Positions 50,937 to 61,921 of a stretch of 64,000 nt of DNA are shown piece by piece. The first letter of the stretch is position 1; the number at the start of each line of letters is the position of its first letter. The stretch comes from Chthoniobacteraceae bacterium (GTDB lineage Bacteria > Verrucomicrobiota > Verrucomicrobiia > Chthoniobacterales > Chthoniobacteraceae). The position numbers and the translations under genes are program-made. The stretch covers positions 15,635-79,634 of the forward strand of contig JANNWY010000141.1 of the NCBI GenBank assembly GCA_031409335.1, read 5' to 3'. The notes under the pieces are model-generated. The model saw nothing but the letters and a program-made list of their open reading frames with translations. It did no database searches and was not told the DNA's origin.

Positions 50937-51680
50937 ATGGAGAGTCCGCACAATTACCGGCGGCTCGCCGCGCGCTGGCGCGCGGTTGCGCGCGAGTCGG
51001 GGTTGCCGTTGCGCCGCCTCGCGCGGTCCGGCGGGCAGACGCTTTACTATTTGCAATCGCCCGCGCTTGGCGGGACCGGCGGGATTTACATTTCGGCGGC
51101 GATTCACGGCGATGAACCCGCTTCCAGCGAGGCGCTCGTGGCGTGGGCCGAAAAAAACACGCGCCGTCTCGCGAAGTTGCCGCTGCTGCTCTTTCCCGCG
51201 CTGAATCCGTGGGGATTGATTCACAACGTGCGCGTGGACGCCGACGGGCTCGATCTCAACCGCCAGTTTCACCTCGACGATCATCCCGTCATCGCTGCCA
51301 TCAAGCGGGTCGTCGCGCAGCGGCAGTTCGCCCTCGCGCTGATGCTGCACGAAGACTACGACGCGGAGGGATTCTATGCGTATGAGGTGAAACGCGAGCA
51401 GCCATTTTGGGGCGAGGAATTGCTCAGGGTCGCCGGTCGTTTCATCGCGATCGATCCGCGCGCGAAGATCGACGGTCGCACCGCGCGGGCGGGCCTGATC
51501 CGGCGTCGATTCCAGCGCGCGATTTTTTTGAAGATGGGCTTTCCCGAAGCCATCTGGCTGCACGAACTCCACGCCCGGCGCGCGCTCACCATTGAGTCGC
51601 CGAGTGAATTCGCGCTCGCCCAGCGGGTGCGCGCGCACTGTGCCGCTATTGACGAGTGCTTGCGATTGCTGCGGCGCTGA
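50937..51680 (+). CDS. M14-family zinc carboxypeptidase (MpaA / succinylglutamate desuccinylase-like)
   Basis: IHGDE, NPWG, DLNR, LHED and TIESP motifs; immediately downstream of mpl. Confidence 0.8.
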   Translation: MESPHNYRRLAARWRAVARESGLPLRRLARSGGQTLYYLQSPALGGTGGIYISAAIHGDEPASSEALVAWAEKNTRRLAKLPLLLFPALNPWGLIHNVRVDADGLDLNRQFHLDDHPVIAAIKRVVAQRQFALALMLHEDYDAEGFYAYEVKREQPFWGEELLRVAGRFIAIDPRAKIDGRTARAGLIRRRFQRAIFLKMGFPEAIWLHELHARRALTIESPSEFALAQRVRAHCAAIDECLRLLRR

Positions 51681-51788
51681 CGCGTGTTCGGAGCCGCTGG
51701 CGGAAATTGTTTCTTTATCCGATGACGCGGGGATGTTATCGCGTTGTGGCATCGGCTCGCGGGTGTTTCCGGTGCCGTGCAATTTTCT

Positions 51789-53909
51789 ATGGCTGAAATC
51801 AAATTCGCGTGTCCGAAATGCAAGCAGCGTGTCCTGGTCGATGACTCGGCCGCGGGCATGGAGATCGGCTGTCCGCAGTGCAAGGTCGAGTTGATCATCC
51901 CGGCGACGAATGGCGCAGTCGCGCTACTCGTGAAGCCAGAGCCGGATCAAAGTGGCGTATTGACGGCGCAAATTGCGGCAACGCAGCAGGAGTTGAAGAT
52001 GGCGCTGCTTGAAACGAAGCGGGTGAAAGACGAGGCGGAGAAGCGCGGGCAGGAATTGAATGCGCAGTTCACGGCAGCGAAGGCGGAGGCGCAGAAGCGC
52101 GGGCAGGAACTCAATGCGCAACTCACGGCGGCGAAGGCGGAGGCGGAAAAGCGCGAGCGGGAACTGAATGCGCAGCTCGCGGCGGCGAGGGCAGAGGCGG
52201 AGAAGCGCGAGCGGGAACTGAATGCGCAACTCGCGGCAGCGAAAGCAGAGGCGGAAAAGCGTGGGCAGGAATTGAATGCGCAGACCGCAACGGCGAAGGT
52301 GGTGACGGAGAAGCGCGGGCAGGAACTGAATGCGCAACTCGCGGCAGCGAAGGCGGAGACGGAAAAGCGCGGACAGGAACTGAATGTGCAGCTCACGGCG
52401 GCGAAGGCGGAGGCGCAGAAGCGCGAGCAGGAATTGAATGCGCAGCTCGCGGCGGCGAAGGCAGAGGCGGAGAAGCGCGGGCAGAGTGCGAAGCTTTTGG
52501 AGGAAAGGATCGCGGCGGTGGAAGCGGAGCGCGGAAAAATCAGCGCGGAATTGGCAGAGGCGCAGACGAAACTCGTGGAGGGGGAAAAACTGCGCGGAGT
52601 CTTGGAGGAGGCGAGGCTGAAGCTCAAAGAGTCATCGAGTTTGCGTGGCGAACTCGATGAGGTGAGGGAGCAGGCGAAGGAAGGTGAACGTTGGAAAAAG
52701 CAGGCGGAAGCGGCGAATGGCCAGCTTGCCAGGCTCCGCGAGGAACTGACCGCGCTGACCGTGGATCGCGATGTCATCAAGACCACTGCCGCCGAGTTTG
52801 AAAAACAACTGGCGGATCAGAAGTCCGAAATGGAACGGCTGCGCCGGGAATTGCTGGAGACGTGCGAACGGCTGGCCACGACCGAGAAGGCGCAGACCGC
52901 CGGGAGCGCGTCTGCTCGCGAGGAAGCGGAGGCATTGCGAAAGCAACTGGCTGAAGCCGCGGCTTCGCTGGTCAGCGTCCGTGGTGAACGGGATGCATTG
53001 GTGGCTTCCGGCGCGAAACCTTCCGCGGACGCGGGTGAACTGGAGGCCGTGCGGAAGGAACTCGGCGAAGCGCAGGAGTTGCTGAGCGATTCCGCGCAGC
53101 AGGTGGCGCAATTCCAGATCGGGATCGAGAAGGCGAATGGCGAGCGGGATGAAGCGCGCTCGCTGCTCGCGAAAAAGGAGGCCGCATATCGTGAGATCAG
53201 CGGTCGGGTGGAAGCCGCGCGCCTTTCAGCAAAGGGTGCGCTGAATGCGCTGGCGGCGGCGAATACCGCGAGCGCAAAGGCCGAGGCGGAGGCAAAGGAT
53301 GCGACCGCGCGGGCGGACATGCTCCAGCAGCGGGCGTCGGAATTGGAAAACGAACTGGCCGAGCGCACAAGTGAACTAGGTGGCGCGCGCAATGCGATGC
53401 ACATCGCCCAGTCAGAACGCGACGAGGCGATGAAGAGCTACGCGCCTTCCGAAAAAGAGGGGCGCGAACTCAAGAATAAATTGATGCAGGCCGCGACGAA
53501 CGAACACACGCTGCGGCTCCAACTCGAGGCAGCGGAGAAGACCGCGGAGACCGCGCGCGAGCGGCTGAAGGCATCCGAGACCGAGCGCGAAAAACTCCTC
53601 GGCAGATTCGGCGACCTCGGCAAAACCCTGGACGAATCGAACGAGCAACTGGTCGCTGTGCGCAATGATCGCGAGGCGGCGACCTCCAAGCTCGCGCGAA
53701 TCGGCGGGGAATTGGACACGGCAACGGACAGCCTGCGCTCGCTGGGAGTCGAGCGGGATGCCGCCAGGATCGAGCTGGAAAGCACGCGCGTGGGTCTGGA
53801 GCGGACAAAAAAACACGTCGGCGTGCTGCAAGATCGCGTATCGCAACTGCGCGCGGAAAACGAACGGATGCGAGTGCAACTCGGCCTCGCGCCCGAGGCG
53901 GCGGGATAG
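51789..53909 (+). CDS. Zinc-ribbon long coiled-coil protein with 18-aa tandem repeats
   Basis: N-terminal CPKC..CPQC followed by ~650 aa of Ala/Glu/Lys-rich coiled coil. Confidence 0.8.
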   Translation: MAEIKFACPKCKQRVLVDDSAAGMEIGCPQCKVELIIPATNGAVALLVKPEPDQSGVLTAQIAATQQELKMALLETKRVKDEAEKRGQELNAQFTAAKAEAQKRGQELNAQLTAAKAEAEKRERELNAQLAAARAEAEKRERELNAQLAAAKAEAEKRGQELNAQTATAKVVTEKRGQELNAQLAAAKAETEKRGQELNVQLTAAKAEAQKREQELNAQLAAAKAEAEKRGQSAKLLEERIAAVEAERGKISAELAEAQTKLVEGEKLRGVLEEARLKLKESSSLRGELDEVREQAKEGERWKKQAEAANGQLARLREELTALTVDRDVIKTTAAEFEKQLADQKSEMERLRRELLETCERLATTEKAQTAGSASAREEAEALRKQLAEAAASLVSVRGERDALVASGAKPSADAGELEAVRKELGEAQELLSDSAQQVAQFQIGIEKANGERDEARSLLAKKEAAYREISGRVEAARLSAKGALNALAAANTASAKAEAEAKDATARADMLQQRASELENELAERTSELGGARNAMHIAQSERDEAMKSYAPSEKEGRELKNKLMQAATNEHTLRLQLEAAEKTAETARERLKASETEREKLLGRFGDLGKTLDESNEQLVAVRNDREAATSKLARIGGELDTATDSLRSLGVERDAARIELESTRVGLERTKKHVGVLQDRVSQLRAENERMRVQLGLAPEAAG
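52032..52484 (+). repeat. 54-bp coding tandem repeat, 8 full copies plus a partial
   Basis: Unit encodes EAEKRGQELNAQLAAAKA. Confidence 0.9.
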
Positions 53910-54011
53910 CGCGTGGGGAATGCCGCGTTCCGGTATTCGCGGATTGGCGATGCGCACCCGATGCCATGAGAGTTTGACCCGGCATCGGTGCGGCTCGTAG
54001 ATTCGGGCTCA

Positions 54012-54983
54012 ATGAAACTGGCCCCCGCAGTCGCCCTTCTCCTCCTGCTCGCCACCGCCGCCGTCTGCTGGCTCGATGCGGCCAGCCCGGCGATCAGCGG
54101 ACTCATCCGGCAGACAAATGGCGACGTGCTGCTCACCGCTGCGGCGGACGCGGGTGCCTTCTATCGGATTGAGACCTCCGCCGATCTGCAATCGTGGCAG
54201 GGTTTCCTGACGGTCAAAAGCGCGGGCGTGGATCAAGTGCTGGACACGGGCGGGCCGTATCAAAGCCGGCGCTTCTACCGCGCCGTGCCGCTCACCGGCA
54301 CCAGCCTTTTCACCGGCGATCATTTGGCGACGGCCAATGGCGATGCGATTCTGCGCGCCATCGGCCACGCGAGCGTCGCCGTGACCTGGAACGGCAAGGT
54401 GCTCTACAGCGACCCGAGCGGCACGGCGTCGCTTTTCACCGGCCTGCCGCTGGCGGATGTGGTGGTTATCACGCACACGCACGGCGACCATTTCAGCAGC
54501 ACGCGGCTGACCGCCGTCCTCGCGCCTACCGGAGTCATTTTCGCACCACAGCTCGTGTTCAATGCGATGAGCGCCGCGCTGAAAGCCAGGACCACCGTCC
54601 TTGCCAATGGTGCCTCCGCGACCGCCGTCGGCATGTCGATCCTCGCCGTGCCGATGTATAATCTCTCCAACAACAACCACCCGCAAGGCGCCGGAAACGG
54701 CTACGTCATCACGCTCGGCGGGAAGACGATTTATTTCAGCGGCGACACCGAGGACACGCCGGAAATGCGCGCGCTGACGAACATCGACGCCGCCTTCGTG
54801 TGCATGAGCCTGCCCTCGAATATGACCGTGCCCAACGCCGCCAGCGCCGTCCGCGAATTTCGCCCACGCATGGTTTTCCCGTATCACTACGCGCAGGGCG
54901 GCACGACCTACGACGTGGCGCTTTTCAAGATACTCGTCGGAAACGATCTCGGCATCGAAGTGCGGCAGCGGAAGTTTTACTGA
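54012..54983 (+). CDS. Secreted MBL-fold metallo-hydrolase with an N-terminal beta domain
   Basis: Signal peptide, GHAS, DP, THTHGDH, FSGDT and PYHY motifs. Confidence 0.88.
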   Translation: MKLAPAVALLLLLATAAVCWLDAASPAISGLIRQTNGDVLLTAAADAGAFYRIETSADLQSWQGFLTVKSAGVDQVLDTGGPYQSRRFYRAVPLTGTSLFTGDHLATANGDAILRAIGHASVAVTWNGKVLYSDPSGTASLFTGLPLADVVVITHTHGDHFSSTRLTAVLAPTGVIFAPQLVFNAMSAALKARTTVLANGASATAVGMSILAVPMYNLSNNNHPQGAGNGYVITLGGKTIYFSGDTEDTPEMRALTNIDAAFVCMSLPSNMTVPNAASAVREFRPRMVFPYHYAQGGTTYDVALFKILVGNDLGIEVRQRKFY

Positions 54984-55061
54984 GCAGCCGCCGGGCTCGC
55001 CGGATTGGATGGATCGCTTTTGGCGTGGCGCGAATGCGGGCTGGGTCGCTAGAAATCGCGC

Positions 55062-56045
<984 letters not shown>

Positions 56046-56052
56046 GTTTGCC

Positions 56053-57021
56053 ATGAATCCGCCGCCGCTTCCGAAAAGGCCGGGCGTGAACGTGTCGGTG
56101 CGGAGCGAACCTCCGCCGCTGCCGGGTTCCCCTTTGCTGAACGAAGAGGAGCTGGCGCGATTTGAAAACCTGCTCGTTTTCGCCAAAGCCACCGTCGATG
56201 GCTTCTTCGTCGGCAAACACCGATCGCCGAAGCATGGCTCTGCCGCCGAGTTTTCCGAATACAAGGAATACGTGCCCGGCGACGATATCTCGCGCATCGA
56301 CTGGCGCGTGTACGGGCGCACGCGGCGGCTCTATGTGCGGCAGTTCGAGGAGGAGACGGACATGGCCGTTTACGTCCTCGTGGATACCAGCGCGTCGATG
56401 CGATACGCGGGTGGAAAGCGACAGTCGAAATACATTCTCGCCGCGAAAATCGCCGCCGCGCTTTCCTTCCTCATGCTCGCGCAGGGCGATAAAATCTCGC
56501 TCGGCTTGTTCGCGGAACGTGTCACGCGATTCATCCCGCCGGGCGGCACGCGCAAGCATCTGCATCAGATCATCACCGCGCTGGAGCAGGTGCGCCCCGC
56601 GCGCGCCACCGGACTCGCCCAGGCGATCGAGGAGTGCGCCGTCTTCATTAAGAAACGCGGACGACTCGTCATCGTCTCCGATTTTCTCGATGACACCGAT
56701 GCCCTCTTCGATGCCCTCGCGCGTTTTGTGCATCGAAAGTTCGACATCCTGCTGCTTCACATCGCCGACCCGGATGAGCTGCAACTCCCGCCGCTCACGG
56801 CCGCGAATTTCGTCGATCTCGAAACTGGCGAGAGCGTCCAGATCGACCCCGAGGAAATTCGCGGCGACTACCAGGCGCGCATGGAGCGGGTCATTGGCGA
56901 CATCGCCCGCGCCGCCGATCTGCGCCAAATCCAGCACCGGCTCGTGGACACGCGGCAGCCGTATCTCGATGCGATTGAGGCGTATCTCGGCTTTCGCGGG
57001 AAAAGCGAGGGCTCGCGCTGA
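56053..57021 (+). CDS. DUF58 (vWA-like) MoxR partner protein
   Basis: G.HRS..G..EF.EY.EY.PGDD..RIDW.VY.R, DTSASM and SDF motifs. Confidence 0.92.
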   Translation: MNPPPLPKRPGVNVSVRSEPPPLPGSPLLNEEELARFENLLVFAKATVDGFFVGKHRSPKHGSAAEFSEYKEYVPGDDISRIDWRVYGRTRRLYVRQFEEETDMAVYVLVDTSASMRYAGGKRQSKYILAAKIAAALSFLMLAQGDKISLGLFAERVTRFIPPGGTRKHLHQIITALEQVRPARATGLAQAIEECAVFIKKRGRLVIVSDFLDDTDALFDALARFVHRKFDILLLHIADPDELQLPPLTAANFVDLETGESVQIDPEEIRGDYQARMERVIGDIARAADLRQIQHRLVDTRQPYLDAIEAYLGFRGKSEGSR

Positions 57022-57097
57022 CCCGCTGCGTCGCGGCGAGATTGTCCAAGCGGCGGCTTGCAGAAACTGCGCGGCTTGCGTTAAATCCGAACTTTAT

Positions 57098-57421
57098 ATG
57101 GGAACACTCACGAAACGGGAACTCGTAGTTACGATCAGCAACGAAACGGGTTTGGTACAGCATCAGGTCTTCGACGTTGTGCAAAAAACCCTCGATCACC
57201 TCACCGACGCACTCGCCAAAGGCGACACCGTCGAACTCCGCAACTTTGGTGTCTTTGAAGTGCGCCTCACCAAGGCGCGCGTCGGACGCAATCCGAACAA
57301 ACCGGGAAGCAGCTTCGTCATCCCACCCCGCGCGACGGTGAAATTCAAGTCCGGCAAAATCATGCGGCAGAAAGTCTCGAAACTTTCCGCCGAAATGAAA
57401 CGCGCGCAGGGCGAGAAGTAA
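57098..57421 (+). CDS. HU/IHF family DNA-binding protein
   Basis: TKRELV..I, VELRNFGVFEV, RVGRNP and VKFKSGK motifs. Confidence 0.92.
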   Translation: MGTLTKRELVVTISNETGLVQHQVFDVVQKTLDHLTDALAKGDTVELRNFGVFEVRLTKARVGRNPNKPGSSFVIPPRATVKFKSGKIMRQKVSKLSAEMKRAQGEK

Positions 57422-57436
57422 GGCGGGGACATCCGA

Positions 57437-58678
57437 GTGGCGCAAACGCTGACGCGCCTCGCACGCACCGACCGCACGTATCGCGCGGAAAAATTTCGCG
57501 CCATCTTTACTGGCGTCCTCGAGACGGCGCAGACGACTTTCCTGCTGCTCATCGCCGTCCGCTGGTTCCACGCCGGGCCGACTGAAAAAGCACTGCTCGT
57601 CGCCGGACAAAGCATCGGCCTCATCTGCGGCCCGCTCGTCGTCAATCTCGCCCAGCGCCTCGGCTGGCCCGTCGCCCACGCCGCGGCCGCCATCGTCGGG
57701 CTCGGTGCTTTCGGCATGGCCGCTGCGTTTGGCGATCCGCGCCTTCCGACATTTATCGTCGGCTCGATGCTCGCGACATTCTCGATGGCCGCGATCGTCC
57801 CGCTGATGACGCAGGTCTTCCACGAAAACTATCCCGGCGACTCGCGCGGAAAATTATTCTCCCGCGCCTTCATGGTCCGCATCGCCGTCGCCGTTTGCTT
57901 CAGCTATCTCGGCGGCTGGGTGCTCGCGCGGAATATGGAAAACTTCCGCTGGCTGCTCGGTGCCTTCACGGTCGCTCTGGCCGGAGCCTGCTTCTGCCTC
58001 ACCCGCATCCCATCCGAGCCGCTCGCACCCTCGGAATCCGCGCACCCATTCCGCGCCTTCCGGCACGTCCGCAACGACCGCCTTTTCCGCCAGGTCCTCA
58101 TCTCGTGGATGCTGATGGGCTTTGGCAATCTCATCACGCTCCCGCTGCGCATCGAGTATCTCGCAAACCCGGCGCACGGCGTCTCACTCAGCAGCGATCA
58201 AATCGCATTCGTCACCGGCGTCGTCCCAAATATCGCCCGCCTCATCGTCACGCCATTTTGCGGCATGGCCTTCGACCGCATGAACTTCTTCACTATGCGC
58301 GCCACGCTGAATGTCGGATTTGCAGTGTCGATCCTCGCATTCTTCACCAGCAACACGATGCCCGGCCTCATCGCGGGAGCCATTCTGTTTGGCATCGCAG
58401 TCGCAGGCGGCGATGTCGCGTGGGCGCTATGGGTCACCAAGCTCGCGCCCGCGAAGCACGTCGCCGATTACATGTCCATCCACGCGCTCCTTACCGGCGT
58501 CCGCGGCATCATCGCGCCCCTCGTCGCCTTCCACGCCATCGCGCACTATTCCCTGGTGAATGTCGGCTGGTTTTGTATCGGCCTCATCCTTTTGGGAAAT
58601 CTCACGCTCCTTCCCGAAATCCTCGCCAACCGGAAACTCCAGCCCGCCGCCGGCCCGATGGAAGACATGCCCGAGTAA
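57437..58678 (+). CDS. MFS transporter
   Basis: About 12 hydrophobic helices, YP.D.RG loop, two-fold MFS organisation. Confidence 0.8.
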   Translation: MAQTLTRLARTDRTYRAEKFRAIFTGVLETAQTTFLLLIAVRWFHAGPTEKALLVAGQSIGLICGPLVVNLAQRLGWPVAHAAAAIVGLGAFGMAAAFGDPRLPTFIVGSMLATFSMAAIVPLMTQVFHENYPGDSRGKLFSRAFMVRIAVAVCFSYLGGWVLARNMENFRWLLGAFTVALAGACFCLTRIPSEPLAPSESAHPFRAFRHVRNDRLFRQVLISWMLMGFGNLITLPLRIEYLANPAHGVSLSSDQIAFVTGVVPNIARLIVTPFCGMAFDRMNFFTMRATLNVGFAVSILAFFTSNTMPGLIAGAILFGIAVAGGDVAWALWVTKLAPAKHVADYMSIHALLTGVRGIIAPLVAFHAIAHYSLVNVGWFCIGLILLGNLTLLPEILANRKLQPAAGPMEDMPE

Positions 58679-58721
58679 GGTGGATGGCGCGCTCCGCCGC
58701 GTCGTGACTCGACCGCCTCGG

Positions 58722-61700
58722 TTACTTGATACTGGCGGGAAGCGGCACTTGAGCCTTACCCATGAGGTAACCCATAAGATCGCGGACTTGCGTTTCATCG
58801 AGCGCGCTGAGGATGCCTTCCGGCATGGGCGATTGCGGGGAGTCGGTCATCTCTTTCACATCGGCGCGCTCGATGGTCTGTGTGTCGGTGAGACCGCGCA
58901 GGGTGAAGGCGCGATCCGCTTTCGCTCCGACGAATCCGGTGAGCACACGACCGTCTTTCAGCGTGACGATCGACATGCGGAAATCCACCGGCACCACCGC
59001 GCTCGGGTCGGTGATGTTCTCCAGCAGATAGGTCAGCTCGCGTGCGGACCCCGTCAGGTCCGGGCCGAACGCGCCGCCTTCGCCGTGGAGCTTGTGACAA
59101 ACGGCGCAGGTCTGTGTGAAGAGCGCGCGCCCTGCGGGCAGGTCAGCCTTCGCGAGAATTTCCGGCGTGAGTTGCGACTTGAGTTTCGCCACGAGCGCCT
59201 TCTTTGCGTCGTCGGTTTCGCGCACTTCGCCCCAGACTTCGGCGAGGCGTTTGGTCAGCGCGTCGTCATCGAAAGCGCGGATTTGCCGCGCGTGGTACGC
59301 GCCGAGATCGGCCCGCGCGATTTGGCCATTCGCGATGGCATCAAGCAGCATTGCCGCCCACGCGGGACGCGAGACGAGCGCAGCCATCGCATCGGGCCGC
59401 AGGTGCGCGTAGATGCCGCCGTACTTTTGTAGAAGCAGCGCGCCGATTTTCGGATCGTCGAAATGCGCAAGCCCGCGCGCCGCGACGCCCGCGAGATCGC
59501 GCACGTCGAGCGACTGCTCGCAGATCGTGCGCAGATCGGTCGGGCGTGCCTCGATCAGCGATTGCAACGCCTGCCGCCGCGCGGTGATTTCCGCTTTGGC
59601 ATCGAGTGCGATCGCGCGGATTTCATCAAGCGCCACGCCGTCGCCGAAGATGATGCTGAGTTCGCGAACAAGCGGAGCGAGTTCCGGCGTGCTGGCGGCG
59701 CGCTTCTCAAAAACGTCCCAAGCCGCAGGTTTCGGCGCTTGGCGGCGTCCACGCAGTCCCTCCGCCATACCTTGAAGACTACTCTTCGCTCGCGAAATAA
59801 TCCGCGGAAGCTCTTTCGGCGGATCAGTGAAGCCGTTCATCAGTTGGAACTCACTAAAACTTGGATTGTCCCTTCGACGTGCGGCCAACGGAGGAATTGG
59901 CAGACGGATTCCCGTTTGGCTGAGAAAGGCATTCGCACTTTCGGGTTTTTCATCCAACTCGCTAAAAATCCGTCGCGCTATCCACTGAGCCAGCAAATCA
60001 GATTTTCCGGAGCGGACTATCTCGTCGATGAATCTTCTACTGCGCCAGCTATCGGGCAGCGAGAGGCATCGATCAATGGCATACCAAGCCAGCAGAGTCA
60101 CATTTCGATCTGTTCCAAAACCGGGCTGCTTGACGGTATCCGTAATGATCCATTGTCGCGGCAAATCATCCATTCTCTGCGCATAGCTGAGGAGGAGTCG
60201 TTGCTGCTCGGACGTCAATTTGCTCTCTCTCAAACCCGAGACGTAGCCGACGTTCTCGAATTGGGGATGGTCGATCGACCAGAGCGACGCCGTGCGACGA
60301 CGCAGATCGCCTTCAGTCCACGTTTTGGAATACCGTTCATAGTAATACGCATACATGCTCAAATACCGAGCAAACTGTCCCTCGAAATGGAAATTCGAGC
60401 CGATGGACATCCAGAGTTCCCACCGTCGCTGCTTCACTCTGTCTGTCACGCCGCCACGCCGTTCTAAGTCGAACGCCGCCACCATCGGTTTGATGAACCT
60501 ATCCGTTTCACCGTAAGGGACTGAGCGATCCTGCATCGCGATCCGTGCGATTTTCGCGGACCACTGATCCGAACGCTCCACCACTTTTAGCAATTCACCG
60601 TCCGTCAGCTTTGCGAGGTCACCACTTTTCACGAGTGCTGTGGGTAGTTTCGGTTTACCATACGTGATCTTGTAAATCCGCCCGCTCGTCCGATGCACGC
60701 CGTCGTTGTCGTGGCACTCGCTCGCGTCGCTCCAGTCGGCGACGAAGACACCGCCATCCGCGGACTGAATGAGGTCGATGCCGCGGAACCATGGGTCGCC
60801 GAAGAAGAACGCGTCGGGCTCGTGCTTCGCGACATATCCCGAGCCGCTGCGTTCGAGGCGTTCGACGTTCAGGCGGCGTCCGTGAAAATTGATCGTGAGC
60901 ACTTTCCCACGCCAATACTCCGGCCACTGCTCGCCCTGGTAAATGAGGCAGCCGCAGTGCGCGTGGCCGCCGCCGAGGGTGTCGCTCGTCGAGGCGACCG
61001 TGCCATCGAACGCCGCGCGCGATTTTGTCCAACCTGCGCCGGTATCGAAGTGGTAATGGTCCGCGCACATCCCCATGAGTTGATAGACGTGCGGATTCGC
61101 ATCCTCGCCGTACATGCGTTCGTAGTGCGCGCCGGGAATCAAGTGCCACAAATGGCCCGTGACCGTGTTCGTAAAAAACGCGTCGCCCGTTTCGTTCCAA
61201 TCCATACCCCACGGATTCGTCCCACCATTCGCCACGACTTCGAAAAATTTCCGCGTCGGATGAAAGCGCCAGATGCCGACATTCATCTTCGTGCGCTGCG
61301 CGGTCGGCGTGCCGGGCGTGCCGACGAGTGAGGTGGCAAGGATGCCGTGGCGTCCATACAGCCAGCCATCGGGACCCCACCGCAGACCGTTCACGATGTT
61401 GTGCCGGATGGGTCCGGTGTCCCAGCCATCGAGCAGCACTTCCGGCGGACCGTCGGGAATGTCGTCGCCGTTTTTATCGGGGATAAAAAGCAGGTGTGGC
61501 GCAGCCGCGACCCACACGCCGCCGAAGCCGAGTTCCACGGAAGTCAGCCGCTCGCCTTGATCCCAGAAGACCGTGCGTTTGTCGAAGCGCCCGTCGTTAT
61601 CCGCGTCCTCAAAGATCAGGATGCGATCGCGCAGCTTCGTATCGTAGTTCACCTTCGACTCCGCATAAGTGTAACACTCGACAACCCACAGCCGCCCGCG

Positions 61701-61907
61701 CGAATCCGTGGCGATGGCGATCGGCTGCTGCACATCCGGCTCCGCCGCAAACATCGTCACGCGAAATCCCGGCGGCGTGCGAACGCTGGCGGCTGCTTGA
61801 TCCGGCGTCATCGGGCCGCCCGCCGCAGTCTCGGTGTTGAAGGGCGCGGGGAACTCCGCGGCGATGGCGGATGCGGTGAGGACGATGAGGAGAAGAAGGA
61901 GGCGCAT
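58722..61907 (-). CDS. PVC-type heme-binding CxxCH membrane-bound dehydrogenase-like protein
   Basis: Signal peptide, FAAEPDV.QP..D.RGRLWV.E propeller, HEAT-like middle and C-terminal CAVCH..GPDL..S.MPEG. Confidence 0.92.
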   Translation of the reverse strand: MRLLLLLIVLTASAIAAEFPAPFNTETAAGGPMTPDQAAASVRTPPGFRVTMFAAEPDVQQPIAIATDSRGRLWVVECYTYAESKVNYDTKLRDRILIFEDADNDGRFDKRTVFWDQGERLTSVELGFGGVWVAAAPHLLFIPDKNGDDIPDGPPEVLLDGWDTGPIRHNIVNGLRWGPDGWLYGRHGILATSLVGTPGTPTAQRTKMNVGIWRFHPTRKFFEVVANGGTNPWGMDWNETGDAFFTNTVTGHLWHLIPGAHYERMYGEDANPHVYQLMGMCADHYHFDTGAGWTKSRAAFDGTVASTSDTLGGGHAHCGCLIYQGEQWPEYWRGKVLTINFHGRRLNVERLERSGSGYVAKHEPDAFFFGDPWFRGIDLIQSADGGVFVADWSDASECHDNDGVHRTSGRIYKITYGKPKLPTALVKSGDLAKLTDGELLKVVERSDQWSAKIARIAMQDRSVPYGETDRFIKPMVAAFDLERRGGVTDRVKQRRWELWMSIGSNFHFEGQFARYLSMYAYYYERYSKTWTEGDLRRRTASLWSIDHPQFENVGYVSGLRESKLTSEQQRLLLSYAQRMDDLPRQWIITDTVKQPGFGTDRNVTLLAWYAIDRCLSLPDSWRSRRFIDEIVRSGKSDLLAQWIARRIFSELDEKPESANAFLSQTGIRLPIPPLAARRRDNPSFSEFQLMNGFTDPPKELPRIISRAKSSLQGMAEGLRGRRQAPKPAAWDVFEKRAASTPELAPLVRELSIIFGDGVALDEIRAIALDAKAEITARRQALQSLIEARPTDLRTICEQSLDVRDLAGVAARGLAHFDDPKIGALLLQKYGGIYAHLRPDAMAALVSRPAWAAMLLDAIANGQIARADLGAYHARQIRAFDDDALTKRLAEVWGEVRETDDAKKALVAKLKSQLTPEILAKADLPAGRALFTQTCAVCHKLHGEGGAFGPDLTGSARELTYLLENITDPSAVVPVDFRMSIVTLKDGRVLTGFVGAKADRAFTLRGLTDTQTIERADVKEMTDSPQSPMPEGILSALDETQVRDLMGYLMGKAQVPLPASIK

Positions 61908-61921
61908 GAGTGGGAAGGCAG

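Noticed and set aside
52032..52484. Possible CRISPR array
   Set aside because: Contiguous in-frame 54-bp coding repeats with no unique spacers and no cas genes.
56162..57097. Long N-terminal extension of HU
   Set aside because: Alternate frame overlapping DUF58. HU homology starts at MGTLTK (57098).
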